Source of the DNA: Prochlorococcus marinus subsp. pastoris str. CCMP1986
GTDB lineage: Bacteria; Cyanobacteriota; Cyanobacteriia; PCC-6307; Cyanobiaceae
Length of the DNA stretch: 32,000 bases
Reading direction: 5' to 3'
NCBI RefSeq assembly: GCF_000011465.1
Contig: NC_005072.1
Coordinates: 420,001-452,000 of the forward strand
The translations under genes were made by a program, and so were the position numbers. Below are positions 27,410 through 32,000 of the stretch, piece after piece (the stretch's first letter is position 1; each line of letters begins with the position of its first letter). A model generated the notes under the pieces. It ran no database searches. It saw only the letters and a program-made list of their open reading frames with translations, and was not told where the DNA came from.

Positions 27410-28609
27410 ATGACGCCTGAAAGGCTCGGCTTACTTTGGGGTATAACTGTTTTTGCAGGGGCATGCGCACGTTTAATTTCTTCTGTCTCTGGATTTCCAA
27501 GTGTAGTAATTTTATTAATTTCTGGATTATTTATTGGACGCTCAGGGTTCGGGCTAGTTGAGCCACTTGATCTTGGACAGGGACTTGAAACTATAGTTGG
27601 ACTTTTGGTTTGTTTAGTTTTATTTGAAGGCGGGTTAAATTTAAAATTACCTGAAGGAAATATTAGAAATACTGTCTTAAGAATTTCGTTAATAAGATTA
27701 TTTATTTCATTATCAGCAGGAATATTTATAGCTCATTGGCTGGCAGGACTATCATGGCCAGTAGCTGGAGTTTATAGTGCGATAGTTCTTGCCACTGGAC
27801 CGACAGTAGTTTCACCCTTAGTAGACCAAATAAAATTAGTATCTCCACTATCCGAGGTCCTAAAAGCTGAAGGATTGGTTCTTGAACCCATCGGGGCAGT
27901 GCTCGCTTTGTTGTTATTAGAACTAATATTGGGAGATTTACATGGAATTAAGGAGGTGTTTATTGCCTTAATGCAGAGATTAGGTGGAGGAGTTTTGATA
28001 GGTATAAGTTCTGGATGGTTGCTGTCTGAAATTTTAAAGAAAATAAAAAACGAGGCATCATTTGGAATTGAGCTTCAGGTTACATTAGGATTTATTTTTC
28101 TTGTATATGGCATTTGTGAATATATTTTGCCTGAATCAGGTTTACCAGCTTCTGTTGCTGCAGGATTTATTGTAGGCAAAAGAGAAATTATTGATAAAGA
28201 AAGATTAGATAATTTGATTGGAGAATTAGCTCAACTATCCATAACAGTTCTTTTCCCTCTTCTGGCATCTGATGTCTCTTGGGGAGAATTAAGTCCATTA
28301 GGTTGGGGGGGGATTATCTGCGTATTAATGTTGATGATAATTGTACGTCCGATTTCTATATCACTGGCAACTTTGGGAGGAGAATTAGATGTAAAACAAA
28401 GGGTGTTTTTATCGTGGTTAGCGCCAAGAGGGATAGTTACTGCCGCTGTTGCATCTCTTTTTTCAATAAGACTTGAGCAGGCAGGAGTCCTTGGTGCAGG
28501 TCGTCTCCAAGGCTTGGTATTTCTAACAATATTGATGACAGTTGGTATTCAAGGACTGACGGCAAGACCTCTGGCGAATTTTCTAAATTTAATTGACAAG
28601 GAAATATAG
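27410..28609 (+). CDS. Na+/H+ (cation/proton) antiporter, CPA1/NhaP-like, membrane domain only
   Basis: 399-aa highly hydrophobic polytopic protein with an ATGPTVVSPL segment like the NhaP TDP region. No C-terminal soluble domain. Confidence 0.8.
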   Translation: MTPERLGLLWGITVFAGACARLISSVSGFPSVVILLISGLFIGRSGFGLVEPLDLGQGLETIVGLLVCLVLFEGGLNLKLPEGNIRNTVLRISLIRLFISLSAGIFIAHWLAGLSWPVAGVYSAIVLATGPTVVSPLVDQIKLVSPLSEVLKAEGLVLEPIGAVLALLLLELILGDLHGIKEVFIALMQRLGGGVLIGISSGWLLSEILKKIKNEASFGIELQVTLGFIFLVYGICEYILPESGLPASVAAGFIVGKREIIDKERLDNLIGELAQLSITVLFPLLASDVSWGELSPLGWGGIICVLMLMIIVRPISISLATLGGELDVKQRVFLSWLAPRGIVTAAVASLFSIRLEQAGVLGAGRLQGLVFLTILMTVGIQGLTARPLANFLNLIDKEI

Positions 28610-30046
28610 TTAATTAAAACATCTTTCGATTAGAGGGATATCAATTTTGTTCTCAGAGAATAATTCCCAACTTTGAATTAAATCTGGTCCACTTAGACAC
28701 CCAAAAAAAGCTACTCTCAATGATTTCATTAAAATCCCTTTTTTGATGGAGTGGTTAACTATAATTTTGTTGATTATTTCTCGAGCGTTATCCTTATTAA
28801 CCTTAGTTATATTTGCTTCTTTTAAATAAAAAAGGATGTACTTCAACGATTCTTTTACCTCTTTTTTACTTTCCAGAAATTCTTCCCCCTCTTTTTTCAT
28901 TTGGGACAAGATAAAAAAGGGTTTTGATTGATCAATTGCATCCTTTAATAGAATCATTGAGTCTTGAATTAAATTTGTCAATTTCAAATCCCATTCTGAA
29001 GAAGGAGATTCCCAACCCATTTCTTCCCAGTACTTCTTAATAAATTTACATAATTGTGTCAATTCCATTTTCTTGATGTATTGGGAATTAATCCAATTAA
29101 GTTTTTCCCAATTAAATTTGGCACCAGCTTTATTTACATCTGACAAATTAAAAACTTTAGATATTTCTGATAAGGAAAGAATTTCACTTTCAGGCGATTT
29201 TATAGACCATCCTAAAAATGCCATGTAATTGGCTAAAGCCTCAGGCAAGTATCCCATCTCTTTAAATTCATCGATGGAAGTTACAGAATCACGTTTAGAA
29301 AGCTTTTTACCTTCGCTATTTAAAATTAGAGGAGTATGAGCAAAAATTGGTAATTTAAAATTTAAAGCTTTATAAATCAATATTTGTTTTGCAGTATTTG
29401 AGATATGATCCTCACCTCTTACAACATGAGTAATATTCATAAAATTGTCATCTACAACAACAGCAAGATTATATAAAGGATTTCCTATCTCATCACCTAA
29501 AGCTCTTCTTGATAAAACTAAATCGCCCCCGAGATCCTTGCCTTGCCATTTAATTTCGCCTCTAATCTGATCTTCCCATTTGATCTCTGTTTCCTCATCA
29601 ATTTTAAACCTTATTACAGATGATTTTCCTTGAGATATAAATTCTTTAATCTCCTTTCTCGTAAGATTTCTATGTCTATTGTCGTGCTTGGGTGGCAAGC
29701 CACTTTTTTTTTGTTTTTCCCTAAGATCAAGGATCTCACTTTCTGAAGTGAAACATCGATATGCAGCTCCACTCTCTAAAAGTCTTTTAATATAATTTTT
29801 GTGAACAGAAACTCGTTTGCTTTGGTTAATGGGCTCTTCATCCCAATTAAGTCCTAGCCAATTCAATCCATTTAATATATTTGTTGTATATTCAGATTTA
29901 GATCGTACAATATCGGTATCTTCAATTCGAATCAGAAATTTCCCATTTATTTTTCTAGCATATAACCAATTGAATAAAGCTGTTCTTGCTGTACCTATAT
30001 GTAATAAACCAGTTGGACTGGGCGCTAACCTTAAATGTTTTTCCAA
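28610..30046 (-). CDS. gltX: Glutamyl-tRNA synthetase, TTG start
   Basis: HIGTAR (HIGH) at residue 16 and KLSKRD (KMSKS). The frame opens only two codons upstream (TAA AGG AAA TTG), so TTG is forced. An AAGGA Shine-Dalgarno-like motif lies just upstream. Confidence 0.93.
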   Translation of the reverse strand: MEKHLRLAPSPTGLLHIGTARTALFNWLYARKINGKFLIRIEDTDIVRSKSEYTTNILNGLNWLGLNWDEEPINQSKRVSVHKNYIKRLLESGAAYRCFTSESEILDLREKQKKSGLPPKHDNRHRNLTRKEIKEFISQGKSSVIRFKIDEETEIKWEDQIRGEIKWQGKDLGGDLVLSRRALGDEIGNPLYNLAVVVDDNFMNITHVVRGEDHISNTAKQILIYKALNFKLPIFAHTPLILNSEGKKLSKRDSVTSIDEFKEMGYLPEALANYMAFLGWSIKSPESEILSLSEISKVFNLSDVNKAGAKFNWEKLNWINSQYIKKMELTQLCKFIKKYWEEMGWESPSSEWDLKLTNLIQDSMILLKDAIDQSKPFFILSQMKKEGEEFLESKKEVKESLKYILFYLKEANITKVNKDNAREIINKIIVNHSIKKGILMKSLRVAFFGCLSGPDLIQSWELFSENKIDIPLIERCFN

Positions 30047-30063
30047 TTTCCTTTAGAAAAGAA

Positions 30064-30137
30064 CGGGACCGACGGGATTCGAACCCGCAACTTCCGCCGT
30101 GACAGGGCGGTGCTCTAACCAGTTGAACTACGGTCCC
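30064..30137 (-). tRNA. trnD: tRNA-Asp (anticodon GUC), no encoded CCA
   Basis: Cloverleaf folded by hand: acceptor GGGACCG/CGGTCCC, anticodon stem CCGCC/GGCGG with loop CTGTCAC, T-arm GCGGG-TTCGAAT-CCCGT. Confidence 0.95.
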
Positions 30138-30292
30138 AGAATTTTTATTCTAATTTAATTAGATACTGAGTTTAAAATTATCAGACCATAATACTTTATT
30201 AATGTTGTTGTGATAAAAAAAAATTCATAAATTTGAGGATTTAAAGAAATAGTTTAGTTTCTTTTTTTAGAAGGGAACTTATTAATTTTTCT

Positions 30293-30481
30293 TTAAGGCC
30301 TAAAGCCTGCTGGTTCAATTAATCGAACTTGATTACCTCGAGCTGTAAATTCTCTGCCTTGATCGCTTTGAACAACAACTCTCCCACCAGATTTTACTCT
30401 GATGACTCTTGCACGAACCCATCCTAGAGCAGCTGATTCGAGGACTTTAACTACGTCACCAGGTTGAAGATCTAACTCCAT
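30293..30481 (-). CDS. Hypothetical 62-aa Arg/Val/Gly-rich protein, possibly a small SH3/KOW-like beta-barrel
   Basis: ORF MELDLQPGDVVKV...RVVVQSDQGREFTARGNQVRLIEPAGFRP. By hand count, 83 of 189 nt are G or C (44%), against about 30% in the surroundings. It has 8 Arg and 2 Lys. It sits between tRNA-Trp and tRNA-Asp on the same strand. Confidence 0.6.
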   Translation of the reverse strand: MELDLQPGDVVKVLESAALGWVRARVIRVKSGGRVVVQSDQGREFTARGNQVRLIEPAGFRP

Positions 30482-30519
30482 CTAAATGAAAAAAATAATT
30501 TACAAAATGTTGATCCAAA

Positions 30520-30592
30520 CGCGCCGTGGAGGACTTGAACCCCCGACATCAGGTTTTGGAGACCTGCGTTCTACCAACTGAACTAACGACGC
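30520..30592 (-). tRNA. trnW: tRNA-Trp (anticodon CCA), no encoded CCA end
   Basis: Cloverleaf folded by hand: acceptor GCGTCGT/ACGGCGC, anticodon stem CAGGT/ACCTG with loop CTCCAAA, T-arm GGGGG-TTCAAGT-CCTCC. Confidence 0.95.
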
Positions 30593-30647
30593 AATAAAAA
30601 TATTATAAGCGCCTTTATGACCGTTAGGTTGAAATAACTTTACAACC

Positions 30648-31130
30648 TTATCGATCAAAGCGTTGTTTTACGCGAGTAGCTTTTCCTACTCTATCTCGTA
30701 GATAGAATAGCTTAGCTCTTCTTACTTTACCTCTCCGTTCTACTTTTAGGGAGGCGACTTGAGGACTATGTAGCATAAATACTCTTTCCACTCCAATACC
30801 TTGAAAAATCCTTCTTACTGTAATGGTCTGATGGAGTCCGCCATGTCTCTTCGCAATCACAACTCCTTCGTAAGGTTGAACTCTTTCTTTGTTACCTTCT
30901 GTAATTTTTACTCCAACTTTAACCGTATCTCCAACATATATTTCGGGCAATTGTTTTTTTAATTGCTCTCTTTCAAATTCCTTGATTAAATTAGATGAAC
31001 TTAAGTTTGTTTGGGCAATTAGCTCTTTACCTTGCTTTTCAACAGTCAATTCTGTGGTAGTGTCAGTTTCATTAGTGATTTCTAACTCAGTTTCTTGTTT
31101 CTCTTTTGCCATTTTATGCTCAATAATCAT
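30648..31130 (-). CDS. rplS: 50S ribosomal protein L19 with an acidic N-terminal extension of about 40-45 aa
   Basis: The C-terminal 115 aa carry the L19 core ([32 protein letters not shown]...[10 protein letters not shown]...RRAKLFYLR). An alternative ATG at 31112 still leaves a long extension. Confidence 0.93.
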   Translation of the reverse strand: MIIEHKMAKEKQETELEITNETDTTTELTVEKQGKELIAQTNLSSSNLIKEFEREQLKKQLPEIYVGDTVKVGVKITEGNKERVQPYEGVVIAKRHGGLHQTITVRRIFQGIGVERVFMLHSPQVASLKVERRGKVRRAKLFYLRDRVGKATRVKQRFDR

Positions 31131-31144
31131 ACAAGAATATCATT

Positions 31145-31453
31145 TTAACCTTTCGACTCGCCTTTAGTAACCTTTTTAGGAAATGAAATTTTTTTAGAAA
31201 ACATTTGAAACCCAGTTATTAGCATCCAAATAAGACCTAAAGAATTCAAGATTACGTAGATTAGTTCTCCATTATCTCCAAGCCACTCCCCTTCGTGTAG
31301 AGACATTAACCAGTGAACTTCATCTCTTGAGTAGCCTAATAAATCTTTACAGATTCTATAGAATGTGCCTGTTAAAGCTGAAATGAATAATGGGAGGAAA
31401 ACCCAAGGTGCCAAAGATTTATGAAATTGCCTAGAATTAGTAATAAAATTCAT
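31145..31453 (-). CDS. Hypothetical two-TM membrane protein (PepSY-associated-TM-like motif)
   Basis: 102-aa ORF. Two hydrophobic helices flank [16 protein letters not shown], which resembles the H-x-G-x-x-G loop of PepSY_TM proteins. Family assignment is tentative. Confidence 0.5.
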   Translation of the reverse strand: MNFITNSRQFHKSLAPWVFLPLFISALTGTFYRICKDLLGYSRDEVHWLMSLHEGEWLGDNGELIYVILNSLGLIWMLITGFQMFSKKISFPKKVTKGESKG

Positions 31454-31542
31454 TTTTTGTTTTTCTTACTGTTAGATTTGAGGTGGCCATGCAGACTATG
31501 GCTATTTTGGATCATATTTACTTAATACTATTATTTATTCCA

Positions 31543-32000
31543 ATGAAACATTTTGCAGATCTTTTATTAAATAAAAATAATTCTAAATCCAATGATCAAG
31601 TTCCTTTTATCCAAAGAAGAAGAGGAATCGAAATAAAGTCTGCAAGGGAAATAAATTTGATGAAGAAATCGAGTAGGATTGTTGGAACAGTTTTGAGAGA
31701 AATAAATGACCTCATAAAACCAGGAATGAGTACAAAAGATTTGGATGATTTTGCGGAAAAGAGGATAAGAGAGATGGGTGCTGTGCCAAGTTTTAAGGGT
31801 TATCATGGATTCCCATCAAGTATTTGTTCAAGTGTTAATAATGAAGTTGTTCATGGTATACCAAACAAAAATAAAATAATTAACGATGGAGATCTTGTTA
31901 AGATTGATACTGGAGCTTATCTAGATGGATTTCATGGAGATAGTTGTATCTCTATTTGTGTAGGTGAAGTAAGTAATCAAGCCCAAAAACTTAGTGATGT
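31543..32000 (+). CDS. map: Methionine aminopeptidase type I, 5' portion (continues beyond window)
   Basis: Hand translation: MKHFADLL...[24 protein letters not shown]...[33 protein letters not shown] (metal-binding Asp residues). No stop before nt 32000. The frame opens at 31447, and alternative ATGs lie at 31489 and 31498. Confidence 0.9.
   Translation, partial: MKHFADLLLNKNNSKSNDQVPFIQRRRGIEIKSAREINLMKKSSRIVGTVLREINDLIKPGMSTKDLDDFAEKRIREMGAVPSFKGYHGFPSSICSSVNNEVVHGIPNKNKIINDGDLVKIDTGAYLDGFHGDSCISICVGEVSNQAQKLSD

Noticed and set aside
30243-30268. A small hairpin aaagaaa-N8-tttcttt followed by a T-run, which looks like a terminator on the plus strand.
   Set aside because: The stem is a 7-bp all-A/T pairing apart from a single G-C pair, so it is very weak. 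There is no plus-strand gene upstream to terminate, and on the minus strand, where the genes are, it lacks a trailing U-tract.
30064-30592. Two tRNA genes flank a GC-shifted ORF, which could mark a genomic island or integration site.
   Set aside because: There is no integrase, recombinase or phage gene nearby. I could find no duplicated tRNA 3'-end (att-like direct repeat), and the insert would be only one 189-nt ORF. I kept it as a compositional oddity, not as a mobile element.
31567-31806. 79-aa minus-strand ORF in the track.
   Set aside because: It lies entirely antisense to the clearly recognisable map (methionine aminopeptidase) reading frame and has a low-complexity, non-conserved-looking sequence.

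Overview
The window is AT-rich (about 30% GC by eye) and very gene-dense. It reads as core chromosome of a high-light-adapted Prochlorococcus-type marine picocyanobacterium. Recognisable content, left to right:
- The 3' end of a PotD-like solute-binding gene, an aldo/keto reductase with an Fe-S tail, ribE, and a cyanobacterial AbrB-type regulator.
- The cytochrome c oxidase cluster: ctaCDE divergent from ctaA-ctaB.
- An ABC-2 exporter pair, a tandem-repeat protein, and an orphan groEL2 with a long GGM/MPGMGG tail.
- fabG, ispD, an LD-carboxypeptidase, ubiA, ppx, a short RodZ-like HTH membrane protein, cobM and lgt.
- petC-petA, a DUF3067-like ORF, tatC, an NFACT/RqcH-like protein and gmk.
- psaF-psaJ, tsaD, an hli gene and a CPA1 Na+/H+ antiporter.
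- gltX, tRNA-Asp, a compositionally odd 62-aa ORF, tRNA-Trp, rplS, a small membrane protein, and the 5' part of map.

I found no integrase, transposase, phage, CRISPR, toxin-antitoxin or defence-type genes, and no convincing novel multi-gene system. Most of the window is ordinary housekeeping and photosynthesis genome.

The observations most worth a second look:
1. The Arg-rich, GC-elevated 62-aa ORF between two tRNAs, inside a co-oriented tRNA/mRNA array.
2. The ABC-2 exporter plus 51-bp tandem-repeat protein directly downstream of ctaAB.
3. All nine convergent gene junctions have 17 nt or less between stop codons (four overlap), so there is no room for terminators.
4. Lineage-specific extensions on GroEL2 and L19.
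5. An NFACT/RqcH homologue with an apparent E-R in place of the canonical D-R motif.

Two small genes missing from the ORF track were recovered by hand: psaJ and a 59-aa membrane ORF.
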